A DNA stretch of 64,000 nucleotides, taken from assembly GCF_006345805.1 (NCBI RefSeq), contig NC_042997.1, positions 81,530,001-81,594,000 on the forward strand. Reading direction: 5' to 3'. The notes beneath the pieces are model-generated. The model ran no database searches, was not told the DNA's origin, and worked only from the letters and a program-made list of their open reading frames with translations. Of the stretch, positions 37,869-51,047 are shown one piece after another. Each line of letters starts with the position of its first letter. The first letter of the stretch is position 1. Source of the stretch: Octopus sinensis (lineage: Eukaryota). The translations under genes were made by a program, and so were the position numbers.

Positions 37869-39182
37869 TAAGATACATTCCAGAAGTTTTAAAACTTTTT
37901 AGGAGAGGCAGTCATAACTGTCCTAGATGATTGTAATTTTAGTCTATCATTACTATACATCTAATAAGCTAACCTGTCAACACTTTCATTCCAGATTGAA
38001 GGAAATGGCCACCACAGTACTTTGAACACTCCCTGTTAAACACTGCTTGTAACTGCTGACTAGTTTTCAGAATGCAGTTTGAACATAAAGACAATTCAAA
38101 GGCTTACTGTGCAGTAAAGTTTTGTGTTAAACTGGGCAAAAATGCTACAGAATCTTGTCAAATGCTCCAAACTGCTTATGGATTAACTTGTATGAGTCGA
38201 GCATCTGCTCTTTACTGGCACAAGAGGTTCAAGGATGGTAGAGAGGAGATGAGAGATGATGAGAAGGGAGGGACTTCAAAATATCAGAGCTGCTTGAGAA
38301 AATTCACAATTTTCTGAATGAATACATTTGGGTGTTTATAAAGACAGTAAGCATACAGTTGGACTTGGTGTGGCAAATATACACAGAATTATTCTTGAAG
38401 ATCTGAATGCGCATAAAATTTGTGCAGTTTGTTCCCCGAGTGCTTGGTAATAAACAGAAGGAAAGACATGTTGGTGACTGCAGAGAAATAGTTAAGCTCA
38501 CTACCACCAATCCAAGAGTACTTGAATTTCTGCTGATTTGTAACAAAAGGTGGATCTATTGTTATGATCCAGAGAGACAGAGTACCTAATGGAAGTATCT
38601 TGGCTTCTCCTAGATTCAAGAAGGCCAAACAAAGCAAGTTCACCAGGAAGTTCATGATGAGCTCCTTTTTTGACTGCCAAGCCATCATCTGCATCCACTG
38701 GGTTATCTCATGCCAAATAGTCAACAAAGAGTACTTTGTGGATGTTTTGAGGGTGATCAAGAAGAGATTTCATCACAAAAGGCCAGAGCTCTTCCATCAG
38801 ATTGGTGGCATCTTCACCAGGACAATGCACCAGTACACAATTCCATCCTGGTAACCAACTACTAGGCAGAGATGGGCATCAAAACTGTCCGTCACCCTCC
38901 CTACAGTCAAGACCTTGCCCCCTGTAACTTTTATTTGTTCTCCAAGATGGAGAACCTCGGGGGTTTTGAAGACATTGAGAAGATGAAGGCAGCTGTGACA
39001 AGGGCCCTGGACACCTTCACTTTGAAGGACTTCATGAGGATTTCACAAAGTAGCTGGAGTACTACAATGAATGCGTTGAAGTCAGTGGGTCCTACTCTGA
39101 AAGGGATTAGAGTTTGTATGTCTTTGAAATTAATAAATGCCTCTTCTGAAAAAATCTTTACATTTCTGGAATGCACCTCATA
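37869..39182 (+). mobile_element. Full-length degenerate mariner transposon
   Basis: TIRs tataagatacattccagaa / ttctggaatgcacctcata; HTH (VKFCVKLGKNATE), FVPRVL, HPPYSQDLAPCNFYLF. Confidence 0.88.
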
Positions 39183-39479
39183 TATTTGGTTTCACACCAC
39201 TCTGTGAAGGAGAAGGAAATTCCCTTCTTTTGGATTAGATGGTTGTTTTATCAAAAGTAACATTTCTGTTGGTTTTACCTGGCAGGAGAATAAACTTAGA
39301 AAGAACAATTATGTAGAACATTTGAATTCAAAACTCTTGAGTCTATATCCAATACTTTAAAGATTTATCCATGAAACCAATTATGGTTAATTAAAGAACT
39401 CAGACAAGAGCAAATTGTTTAACAAATTCACTGAGTTATCATGAGATCCTAATTTCAGTTCCAATGTTTGATATATTAG

Positions 39480-39483
39480 ACAA

Positions 39484-39531
<48 letters not shown>

Positions 39532-39762
39532 TTATATCTGTGAGTGTGTCTTTGTGTTTGTCCCCCACCATCCCTTGACAACAGATGTTGGTGTGCTTAT
39601 GTCCCTGTAGCATAACAATTTGGCAAAAGTGACCATTAGAATGAGTACTAGGCTTATAAAGAATAAAACCTGGGTCAATTTCTTCAGCTAAAATTCTTTA
39701 AGGTGGTGCTCCAGCATGGTGGCAGTCAAATAACTGAAACAAGTAAAAGAATAAAAGAAAAG
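39480..39762 (+). mobile_element. SINE family b, 3' half
   Basis: Same consensus. Confidence 0.75.
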
Positions 39763-39838
39763 AATATATATATATAGGTTTTATTCTTTATGACCCTAGT
39801 ACTCATTCTAATGGTCACTTTTGCCAAATTGTTACGCT

Positions 39839-40028
39839 GGAGCTGGCCAGATTGGAGCAATCTCAAGTATAGTCAGCCGAAATTGTGATGATAATCTGGT
39901 ACTTGACTGAGGAAAGAAACTTCGAATAACCCGTCCTTATTTTCTTTGTATCATCTATCTGAATGTTTTGTTGTCCCATTTTTGTATCACCTAGCTGTCC
40001 GGATGTTCTTGTTCCATTTTGTATTTTA

Positions 40029-40059
<31 letters not shown>

Positions 40060-40601
40060 TATATTAAATTAGAGACAAAATCTTTTCTTGCCCCCTCCTT
40101 AATTCTTCTGTCCTTCTGCTTCTACTTCTCTCTCTTCTCTTCCCATGTGATCAGCATTCAGCCAAGCCTGTTCTTTCTTTCTTGGTCTGGCTGTTGTCCA
40201 TACAACATCAATATTCCCTGCCATAAGGCTTCATTTCCACACACGCCAGCTTAATTTAATTCATCCTTAGTCAAAATACACCTGTTGTTATGTCCTGTTA
40301 TTATTTTTATTGTATTTGTGTAACATTGTCCATTTTTTCCATCCTTGTTTTTGTATACATTCGCTGCTTTCTTCCAAGGAATCTAATGCTCTTAGCTTAG
40401 TTTTTCCTTGGGGCTGGCCAGATTGAAGCAATCTCAAATATAATCAGCTGAAATTGCAAAGATAATCTGGTACTTGACTGAGGAAAGAAAACTTTGAATA
40501 ACCCGTCCTTGTTTTCTTTGTATCGTCTATCTGGATGTTTTGTTGTCCCATTTTTGTATCACCTAACTGCCCAGATGTTTTGCATTCTTGTCCCATTTTT
40601 G

Positions 40602-40610
<9 letters not shown>
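39839..40610. repeat. Direct repeat of ~190-200 bp (39839-40030 and 40411-40610) around a ~380-bp spacer
   Basis: gctggccagattg.agcaatctcaa...ggtacttgactgaggaaagaaa...ttttgtattttatatata occurs twice. Confidence 0.85.
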
Positions 40611-40632
<22 letters not shown>

Positions 40633-40906
40633 ATTGATCAGATCTTTTTCAAGACACAATGCAAGAAGATATCTCAATGCAGATATAAATAGGTATAAAG
40701 GACGAAGAGTACAACATTTTTAAAAACAGTGTGCTAGCCTTTGCTTGATACCTAAATACATGCATCACATATATTAGTTCTATAAGGTCTCCTGAACCTT
40801 CTGACTACTGGCCTGAAAATGCATTACCAAACATAACAATAATTTATTTATCTCTTTTGATATTTTGTTGCATTTCTTATTGATATTCTTCAATTATCCA
40901 AGTTAA

Positions 40907-41125
40907 CCCTTCAGCATTTAAACAGCCTTATCTGGCCCAAATATTCTACTTGTTTTATGTTCAAACCAGCTAGATCTAGCCTCTCAAACTTACTCTACAA
41001 TGTTATTCTAAAAATAAACAATTACATCATCTTAATCTTGAAGCTTTGAGATAGTGCATGATTAATTGAAAATAAAGTGAATGAATAAGTATTGCATTTG
41101 AAAGAATTATCTGAATGTTAAAGGG
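40907..41125. mobile_element. piggyBac-type MITE, intact, 219 bp
   Basis: TTAA|cccttcagcattt ... gaatgttaaaggg|TTAA. Confidence 0.8.
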
Positions 41126-41220
41126 TTAAAGAAGATTCACATGTTTTGATGATTACTGCCACATTATTTTACTTATTATTTCATAATACAACAACTGAGT
41201 ACATATAATTCCGTTATACT

Positions 41221-41435
41221 GGGTTCAAATTTTGGCAGAAGGCCAGCAGATTTGGTGGGAGAGGTAAGTCAATGACATTGACCCCACTACTCAACTTGTA
41301 CTTATTTTATCAACCCCAAAAGGATAAAAGGCAAAGTCAACCTTGGAGGAATTTGAACTCAGAACGTGAAGCCAGATGAAATGTTGTTAAGTATTTCACC
41401 TGGCATGCTAATGATTCTGCCAGATCACTGCCTTA
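41221..41435 (-). mobile_element. SINE family a
   Basis: Reverse complement of the consensus. Confidence 0.8.
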
Positions 41436-42700
41436 TAATTCAATTATATTGAACCCAATTCATTTTTGCTGACATGCTTTTGACTTATTGCATCTTGTAA
41501 AGCTTTTGAATTCCTTTCAATATTCTTCAGTTACTCAAGCTTAACTTGATTCATATATCCTAACAATCACTTCTACATACCCAGAATTAATGAAAGCATT
41601 TACATTTAAAAAAAACAACTTAATTAGGTCAATCACAATTAGTGTCCATTTACCTCTTGAATTTAAAATTAACTTTTTATAAAATTTAAATGAAGATTTG
41701 TATTGAGAAGTCATATCATCACTATAGACAAGTGATTAGAATGTCAGGGAAGAATAGCAAGATGGATTCTTCAAGCTGAGCCAACCAGCAGCAAACCTAT
41801 GGATAGACTGAAAATGAGATGATTGAATATCAATAGTCTCAGTTGGTCATGCTTGAAAATCCAGTTGCAAAGTGATAGAACCCTATGGAAGAGTGCCTGA
41901 GGACTCTTCCCCCACAACCCTTCCAGAGAAAATGGATGGATTTATTTATTGAAGAGATGTATTACACAACTAAAAAAAATAGATGAAATTACTCCGGAAT
42001 CTAGACTTTAAGCTATAATTCATTGAAATTATAAAAATAACTTACATGCATTTGCTCTTGAAACTGGTTGATTGTAAGCATGAACTACTGACTACTGTCA
42101 ATTTAGATACCTGTGGAAAGAGAAATATCTAGAACCATTTTATTCATATTCAGTTTTATGCCACATTTCACCAAGCTTTTACATAAAATAAGAATATCTT
42201 AGTTCAATGTTTTATTATATCAGCAAATACATACAAAATGTAGCTGCACCCAAACTCTAATGAAAGAAATCTTTTGACAAGTAGAGCTTGCATTAATTTT
42301 ATATGAAGCATAATGTTTAATGAACCATTATGGTTATGAAAATAAAGTAATGGCCTACAGACCATAGAGTTAGAATTTGAATAGGTGTAGAACATTTTTG
42401 CTATAACTTTGAGCAAAGCACATAGCTCTGCAAGCACAAACTTACAAAGATAAACAGAGAAACAAACACATCTAAAAAACAAAATAGGTTGTACTGGGAC
42501 AAAAAAAAAAAAAACAGAACAAACATAAATGACCTGGAGCATACCTTAAAGTTTTCAATTTCAAACTATTTCTTGATCTAAATTTACTTTTAGTTGATCC
42601 ATTAGTTTAAGTTTTCTATTATTTTCACACTCTAGGACTTTTGTATAATAGCATTACTATGACACATGCCATTGGAAATAATAATAATAATAATAATAAT

Positions 42701-43134
42701 CCTTTCTACTATAGGTACAAGGCCTGAAATTTGGGGGAGGGGACTAGTCAATTACATTGACCCCAATGTTTCACTGGTTCATAATTTATCCACTCCGAAA
42801 TGATGAAAGACAAAGTTGACCTCCAAAATGATGAAAGGCAAAGTCGACTTTGGCAGGTATTTTAACTCAGAACGTAGCGGCAGACAAAATACCTATTTCT
42901 ATTTCTTTACTACCCACAAGGGGCTAAACACAGAGAGGGCAAACAAGGACAGACAAACAGATTAAGTCAATTATATCAACCCCAGTGTGTAACTGGTACT
43001 TATTTAATCGACTCCGAAAGGATGAAAGGCAAAGTCGACCTTGACAGAATTTGAACTCAGAACGTAGCGGCAGACAAAATACCGCTAAGCATTTTGCCTG
43101 GCTTACTAACTACTCTGCCAGCTCGCCACCTTAA
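42701..43134 (-). mobile_element. SINE family a, tandem or nested double copy
   Basis: gatgaaaggcaaagtcgac...aactcagaacgtagcggcagacaaaatacc occurs twice; (AAT)n on both sides. Confidence 0.8.
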
Positions 43135-43156
43135 TAATAATAATAATTATAATAAT

Positions 43157-44638
43157 TTAGTTAAGTATTAAGAAAGAAATTGGCAGGGTATCAGTTTAGA
43201 AATAGTAAAGGAAAAATTAATCATTTTCTCTACATAGATGATCTGAAGTTTTTTTTAGTAAGAATAAAAAAGAGATAGATTCTTCAAAACTCTTCAACAA
43301 AGATATAGGTATGGAATTTGGCATAGATAAGAGTGAAATATTAGTCATAAAAAAGGGACAGGTAGTCAGAAGTGAAGGCATTCAATTACAGATGGCCAGA
43401 CATTAAAATCACTGAAAGAAGGAGAAAGTTATAAGTATCTAGGAGTATTAGAATCTGACAGAGTACTAACTATAGAAATGAAAAGGAAAATTAAGAAGGA
43501 GTACATCAGAAGGGTGAGGAAGCTAATGAAGTCAAAGCTAAATGATCTGAATCTAGTAAATTCTTGAGCAGTATTATTACTCAGATATTCAGCAGCTTTT
43601 GTAGATTGGACAAAATATGAATTAGTAAATCTAGATAGAAGAATTAGGAAGGAATTTAATATAAATGGTGAACTTCATCCTAAAGCAGGTATATCAAGAT
43701 TGTATTTACCTAGAAAGGAATGTGGTAGAGATTTAATATTAATAGAAGATTGTGTGGAGTTAGCTAGAGTAGATATAACCTCCCATGTAGGTAACACTGA
43801 GGAAATTTTATTGAGAGCTGCAAGTGTAACAGTGAGAGATAGGGAAACCAAAAACTAGACAAAAGAAGCAAGATAACCTAACTGGAAAGAGAAGGCTTTG
43901 GTAAATGCATGGTAAATTTCCAAAGATAGTTGGAGGAAATAGTAATAGTGAGACATGATTGTCGCTGCAGAAAAGAAGGCTGAAAAGGGAGATGGAAAGT
44001 TTGTTAGTGGCAGCTCAAGATCAGGCATTGAGGACTAATTGGTTAAAAGCCAAGGCAGATAAAATAACAGCTAGATTCTCAGTGTAGGTTATGTAAATCA
44101 AAGTAGGGAATTGTTGCTCATTTAGTTACTGAATGTAGTAAACTGGCACAGAAAGAATACAAGAAAAGACTTGACAACCTAGTGAGAAAAATCCTCTAGG
44201 AGCTATGTAGAAAGCTAGAATTTCACCATACTGATAAATGGTGTGAACACGAACTTTGTAAAGTGCTAGTAAGTAAGAAATATAGGATGTGGATTTTAAC
44301 ATTCACTCTTGACAGAGTAATAGAAGCTAGAAGGCTTAATTTAGTAGTAGACAAAGAGAACAGAAAGTGCCAGTCAATTGACTTTTCAATCTCAAATGAT
44401 GGGAAAGTTAATATTTGAAGTATAGAAAAAATAGCAAAGTATCAGAATCTAGCCATTGAGTGGAAAGTGCAGGTAAAAATGTATCCCTGTAGTTATAGGT
44501 GCATTAGGAACAATTCCTAAAGATTTAAACAGATGGATAGAAAAATAGGCATAAAACCTAGTTTGATACATCTCCAGAAAACAGTAATATTAGGAATAGC
44601 TAGGATACTTAGGAAGGTTCTTACCATCTAAGGTTACT

Positions 44639-44640
<2 letters not shown>
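43157..44640 (+). mobile_element. 5'-truncated R4/Dong-type LINE, same family as 1783-4930
   Basis: YIDDLKFF, GMEFGIDKS and LQKTVILGIARILRKVL-like segments; (AAT)n on both sides. Confidence 0.85.
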
Positions 44641-44690
<50 letters not shown>

Positions 44691-44691
<1 letters not shown>

Positions 44692-44905
44692 CCTTTCTAC
44701 CATACGCAAAAGGACTGGAATTTTGGAGGAGGGTGATAGTCAATTACACCAACCCCAGTACTTGACTGGTTCTTAATTTATTGACCCCAAAAGGATGAAA
44801 GACAAAGTCAACCTCAGCGGAATTTGAATTCAGAATGTTGCACCAGACAAAATACCTCTAAACATTTTGCCTGATGTGCTAACACTTCTACTACCTCACT
44901 GTCTT
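44691..44905 (-). mobile_element. SINE family a
   Basis: Reverse complement of the consensus; tail shared with the Dong (AAT)n. Confidence 0.8.
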
Positions 44906-45619
44906 AATAAGAACAACAATAATAATAATTAATAATAATTACAGCAACAATAATAATGGTCTCAACTTTTGGCACAAGGCCAGCAATTTTGGAGGAGGAA
45001 TTAAATCAGTTACAATGATCCTAGTGCTCATCATCATCATCATCATTGTCGTCATCATAATTTAATGCCTGTTTTCCATACTGGCATGAGTTGGACAGTT
45101 TGACAGGGGCTCACAAGGCCAGGAGTCACATCAGGTTCCATTATCTGTTTTGGCATGGTTTCTCCATGCCCTTCATAACACACACCACTTTACAGAGTGC
45201 ACTGAGTGCTTTTTACATTGCATTAGCACTGACAGGCTCACCAAGTACCTTACAAGACAAAAACTCCCCAACAGGGAGTGGGGAATAGTATCGACAGGGT
45301 GTGGCTTTGTACCAGTCAAGAGATTAAAGTTATAGGGGGTCAGAAATAGATATCCTGTTATAGATTGGTTACACTGGAAAGGAAAAGAGAGTGAGTTAGA
45401 GAGAAAGATAAAGAGAGTGATAGTGAGAAAGATAAGGGTGAAGACTAGTTGGGACATGTTCTTGAGTGACATTGGGGTGGAGGGGGAGAATGGAGAATGG
45501 GTGAAGTGATATGAAAGTTTGGAATGGGCGAGGGGGGCAACTCCAAAATGATGAAAGGCAAAGTTGACTTCAGCAGAAGGTGAACTAAGAACATAAAGAT
45601 GAACAAAATATCACTATAG

Positions 45620-45995
45620 GCCCAGGCGTGGCTGTGTGGTAAGAAGCTTGCTTCCCAACCACATGGTTCCAGGTTCACTCCCACTTCATGGCACCTTAGG
45701 CAAGTGTCTTCTATTATAGCCACAGGCCAACCAAAGCCTTGTGAGTGGATTTGGTAGACAGAAATTGAAAGAGGCCCATCATGTGTGTGTTTCTGTCTGT
45801 GCTTGTTCACCCATCACTGCTTGACAATCGGTGTTGGTGTGTTTACATCTCTGTTCAGCGAAAGAACCTATAGAATAAGTACTAGGCTTAAAAAATAAGT
45901 TTCGGATCAATCTGTTCGACTGGGGCCTTTCAGTACAGTACTCCAGGATGGCTGCAGTTAAATGATTGAAACAAATTAAAGAGTAAAAGAGTAAG
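45620..45995 (+). mobile_element. SINE family b, near full length
   Basis: ggcccaggcgtggctgtgtggtaagaagcttgcttcccaaccacatggttcc head. Confidence 0.85.
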
Positions 45996-46026
45996 TACTA
46001 TGCCTGCCTTGCTAATGATTGTTGCC

Positions 46027-46080
<54 letters not shown>

Positions 46081-46294
46081 GTTTCAAATTTTAGCACAAG
46101 GCCAACAATTTTGGGGGAAAGGTTAAGTCGATTACATTGATGCCAGTGTTCAGCTGGTACTTATTTATCGACCCTGAAAGGAGGAAAGGCAAAGATGATC
46201 CTAGCAGCATTTGAATTCAGAATGTAAAGTTGGAAGACATGCTGCTAAGTATTTTTTCTAACACAGTATCAATTCTGCCAGCTCACCACTTTAA
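46081..46294 (-). mobile_element. SINE family a
   Basis: Reverse complement of the consensus, between (AAT)n tracts. Confidence 0.8.
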
Positions 46295-46329
46295 CAACAA
46301 CAATAATAATAATAATTTCTTTTATTGTT

Positions 46330-47190
46330 CACAAAAGTCCAAGACATGGAGGACAATATTAAAGGACAAAATACAACACACAAAACAAATCGAGTTTACA
46401 TCAATTGAGCGGAGACACTACAACATTAAAGGATATAATGAAGGATATATAAAGAGAAGTTAGAGAAATTAATTATTAGACTGGGTGCAGTGTTTTTGAG
46501 GTTATTCACCTTGGTGTCCACAACTTTTTGGGATCTAGTGATTATGTCTGTAGTTTCACCCACTCTCCCTCTTTTTCTTTTTTGAGGGTTGCTCGATGGT
46601 CACCCACTTGGATGTTTTTGCCTTATCTGAGGGCCCTTCACTTATCTGAGAAGACTATAGGATTTCTGTTTGCCTTTTTTTTCTATCTGCTCCTATGTTT
46701 GCCATAGTTGCAGCTGCTTTCCTCTTTGGGACTGCAATGGATTTGGCATTGGAAATAGTGGTGCAGAAAGCTTTTAGGTGATTGGTTTTGCCACAAATAT
46801 AATATCTGGGTTTCCTACCCTCCACAACCACCCACATCTGCTCACACTCTCTGAATTCAAAAAAAAAAGGAATAACATGAACTTCTGGAGCAAGCAAAAC
46901 TTGGAACTGCATTGACACTCCTGTTCTGTTTTGCTGAGCACTTGTTTTCATGCTTATTATTTCCCTGTGCTCCTCTAGCATGGCCATTACTCTCACCTGG
47001 TCCCTATAAGGAGGTACATTTGAGACCCTGGCCTTAGTCACATAATGTCCCATGAAAAAAGAGAGCATCAGGAACTGATCAGAGGAGCAGGTCATTGTAG
47101 CTATCTTGTGTGCTTCTACTTTGTTGCTGCTGATAGCTATCACAGTCCTATATTGCCTTCCTTGGCAGCTATAAACTATGGACAGCCATA
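46330..47190 (-). mobile_element. Non-LTR retrotransposon ORF1 (gag-like) fragment with zinc-knuckle relic
   Basis: ORF 46655-47143: KARVSNVPP...WVVVEGRKPR(Y)YICGKTNHLKAFC = CX2CX4HX4C with the first Cys mutated. Confidence 0.65.
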
Positions 47191-48792
47191 CTTCTTCCAG
47201 ATATATTTATATTTCAGCTGAGGAAGGGAATTGTGGCTTTCTTTCTGTGCAATTAATCATCATCATCATTTGATGTTTGTTTTCCATGCTAGCATGTGTT
47301 GGATGGTTAAACTGGACTAGTAAGGCCAGGGGTCACACCATTGTCTGTTCTAGCATGTTTTCTACAGCTTGAAGCCTTTCCTAATGTCAATTACTCCACA
47401 GTGTACTTGCTGCTTTTCATGTGGCATCAACACCCGTGCTTTTAATGTGGAATCAGCCTGAATGCTTTTTATGTAACACCAGCACTGTTATCAGTTCTGC
47501 TATGGTGGATGGGTCATCTTGAATACAACATGTCACATATCTTGGTCCTTTGTCATTTCCTTCATAGGATTCAGTGTCTTGAGATCAGCCTTCAATACTT
47601 TGTCTCATGTCTTCCTGGGTCTCCTTCTTCAATAAGTTCCATCTTTTTTAGGTGCAAATCGTTTCCTCTTCTAAGGGAGCCATGACGCTGGGTCATCTAA
47701 TAATCTTTCTGATATTTTTTAATGACCCCTGCTTTCCCTTGCAAGGAATGGGGATTCACTTATTTGTAATATTTGCAAAGGAAATGTTTCCTTCGAGTGT
47801 GTTTTATTATTACTATCTTGGTAAAAAGCTTTACTCTTGTCTTCCTTGTTGATGCTGTTGTAGCAGTCAGCACTATTGTTGTTACTGCTGCTGATGGTTA
47901 AACTATTATAGTTGTTCTTGTTGCTGGTTTCATTACTATTATTATTGTTGGTTTTGTTACTTAGTTTATTACTGTTGTTATTAGAGTTGTCACAAGTTAT
48001 GGTGGTGTTATTGTTCACATGTTTTGTGTTAATATCAGGAGAGTGGCATAGTTGACGACTACAACTAAGGTTGTTTGAGCACATGGAAGCTAATGCATTT
48101 TCTCCTACGACCATCCCTCTATTTAAACTTATGCTGGCTATCTTGTAAAAATATTGGTTGAAAATACATATTGAAAATGTTTTCAGAACAGGCAGAAGGC
48201 TTGTTTCATGGCTGAAATGACATAAGACATTTCCAGAGGACACCTGGATACATCTGCAAAACCACAGTTACAATTTGAGCAACTGAAAAAGGCAAGAGAA
48301 AAGCAAAATTAGAGAAATTTCAGCAGTGATGATTCATGCTTGGATTCCATGTGTGCTGCCTACCACAGATTTGCTTGTCAAATGCTTGACCATAACCAGT
48401 TGAGCATGTCCCTTAGTAGCTGATGATATGTGTATCTCTGATTATGAGCAGGAGTGGTGAAGGAACATCAAAGCCGTCTGTTGAGAGAAATTCTTTGTGG
48501 TTCAAATAATTCACCTCTGGAAACATGAGTGTTTCATTCATCATCCTTAAACAAACCTTATTTATGGACCTTTTGAGTGAGATGAGCTACTCTATCTGAA
48601 GAAAATTCTAACTGGGTCCCACTTGCAAAGTCATGTACTGTTTATCTTGATATGAGATCACCATATTCACATATGGTTGTGATGCATATGCTTGGTGTAA
48701 CCCTTATCAGACGGGTAGTCATGATGGGTATATTGGGTTTTGTAAATTTGTGCCCCAGTGTCACTTTGATGGCATGCATTGCTCTCTCACTC

Positions 48793-48839
<47 letters not shown>

Positions 48840-50996
48840 TGCATGATTAGCTGTGCAACTCAACACCTTGTTAAATGCCAACCACGTAACACCAGAGTGG
48901 TTGGCATTGGGTAGGACAGTGCTGTGCTTGAAAAACATTGAAAAAGGCAATATGGTAGACAATTACAGGCCGATATCCTGTTTGCCACTTATGTGGAAAT
49001 TATTAGCTGGAATACTTGCAGAGTCAATGTACGAACATCTGGAAAAAAATGGAGTGCTGCCACATGAGTAGAAGGTTGCAAGTGTAAGTGCAGAGGTACC
49101 AAAGATCAACTCCTGATAGACAAAACTGTACTTAGAGACTGCAAGAGGAGGAAAAGTAACTTAGCCATGTCATGGATCAACTATCGTAAGGTGTATGATA
49201 TGATCCCACATTCTTGGATTATGGAATGTATGAACCTATTTGGTATTGCATCAAATGTTGAGCGATTGCTTGGAAAAAGTATGGCAAATTGGAGGACGGA
49301 CCTGACAGCATGTGGAAGAAGTTTAGGGACAGTAGAAATCAGAAGGGGTATTGTCCAAGGGGACTGCCTGTCCCCACTCATCTTTGTACTGTGCTTGATA
49401 CCACTAACACTGATTCTGTGGAAAACAAAAGCTGGGTATGTATTCAAAAGCAGCCAACAAAAAGTCAACCATTTGTTATTCATGGATGACCTCAAACTTT
49501 ATGGTAAAGATGAATCCCAAGTCAGTTCCCTCGTTGATACGGAGTATATTTTCAGTGCTGATATCAGAATGGAGTTTGGACTGAGAAAGTGTGGTATATT
49601 AGTCTTGAAGAGAGGCAAAATCAAATGTATGCACTAACTAATAATACAATCAGGAAAGGTTATGAAGCAGATAGAAGAGATGGGCTATAAGTAGTTGGGG
49701 ATTTTGGAAATGGATAAATTGATGGAGAAGAAAATGACAGAAAAATTTAAGGTGGAATACTTGCACAGACTGAGACCTACCCTTAAGTCGAAATTAAATA
49801 GACAGAATAAGATTGAAGCTATCAACACCAGGGTGGTTTCACTCCTTAGATATGGAGCAGGGGTAATCGCCTGGACAGTAGATGAAGTAAACAGCTTAGA
49901 CAGAAGGATAAGGAAGTTGCTAACTAGAAATGGGATACTCCACCCAAAAAGTGACACAGACAGACTGTATGTACCAAGAAAAAGAGGAAGAAGAGGACTT
50001 ATTGGATGCAAACACAGCATTAGAGCAGAAGAAAACAACATAGCACGGTATGTAAAAAATGCCACAGAACTGCTATTATTAGAATTAAGAAGGTCAGGCT
50101 TGTATAGGATGAAAGATTGCAAAGATAAAGTACTATACAAGCAATTGAAAACGAATGAAACTGAAAATAGGTAGAAAAAGAAAAGAATGCATGGACAATT
50201 TCATAGAGATGATGAAGATAAGACAGACAGAGAAAAAAGATGGCTGTGGATGACTAAAAGTGATTTAAAACTGGAAGCAGAGGCTCTAATTTGTGTTGCC
50301 TAAGAGCAAGCACTAAGAACAAATTACATAAAATACAGAATAGACAGCACATCAGAAAGTGATAAGTGCAGAATTTGTGGACAAAATGGTGAAAGCGTAT
50401 GGCATACAACCAGTCAATGTATGCCACTAGCCCAGAAGGAATATAAGTGATGCCACGACAATATAACATGGCTTGTCCATTGGACACTTTGCAACAAGTA
50501 TGGACTTGACAGAGCAAAATATTGGTATGGCCATAAACCCGAAGGCATCATCGAAAATAATAATGTGGGATTTTATGATTCAGCGTGACCATGAGATAGA
50601 GAACAGGAAGCTAGACATAGTCTTAATTGAGAAAGAAAGCAAACTATGCTGAACCATTGATATAGCATGCCCAGCTGACAACAAGGTATGTGATAAGGAA
50701 GAAAGAAAAGTCAATAGATATGACAGGATAGCTTGGGAGGTTAAGCAGTTGTGGTCAATGAAAAGGGTGGTAGTAGTAGCAATAATTGTCGGAGCCCTGG
50801 GAACAGAGAATAAAAATCTTAAGAAGTACATGGAACAAATAGGGGCTGCAATAAGGGTGGAGCACTTACAGAAAACAGCACTGCAGAAAACAATACTCTT
50901 GAAGGTGCTTGAAAAATAAGGGGTGTTACCTTAGTTCACTGGTAGTGAACAGCTGACACCATAGTACATCTCTTATGTTAGAAGCTGTGCAAAGGC

Positions 50997-51000
<4 letters not shown>
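48840..51000 (+). mobile_element. R4/Dong-type LINE (RT to RLE), degenerate
   Basis: [63 protein letters not shown] zinc finger; (AAT)n flanks. Confidence 0.9.

Positions 51001-51046
<46 letters not shown>

Positions 51047-51047
<1 letters not shown>

Noticed and set aside
39900-39935. Hammerhead-like ctgaggaaagaaacttcgaa motif
   Set aside because: No proper stem II closure, GAAA core or stem I pairing.
42204-42542. 112-aa hydrophobic ORF
   Set aside because: Starts across a donor-like site and a poly-T tract; AT-rich codon bias explains the hydrophobicity; no homology recognised.
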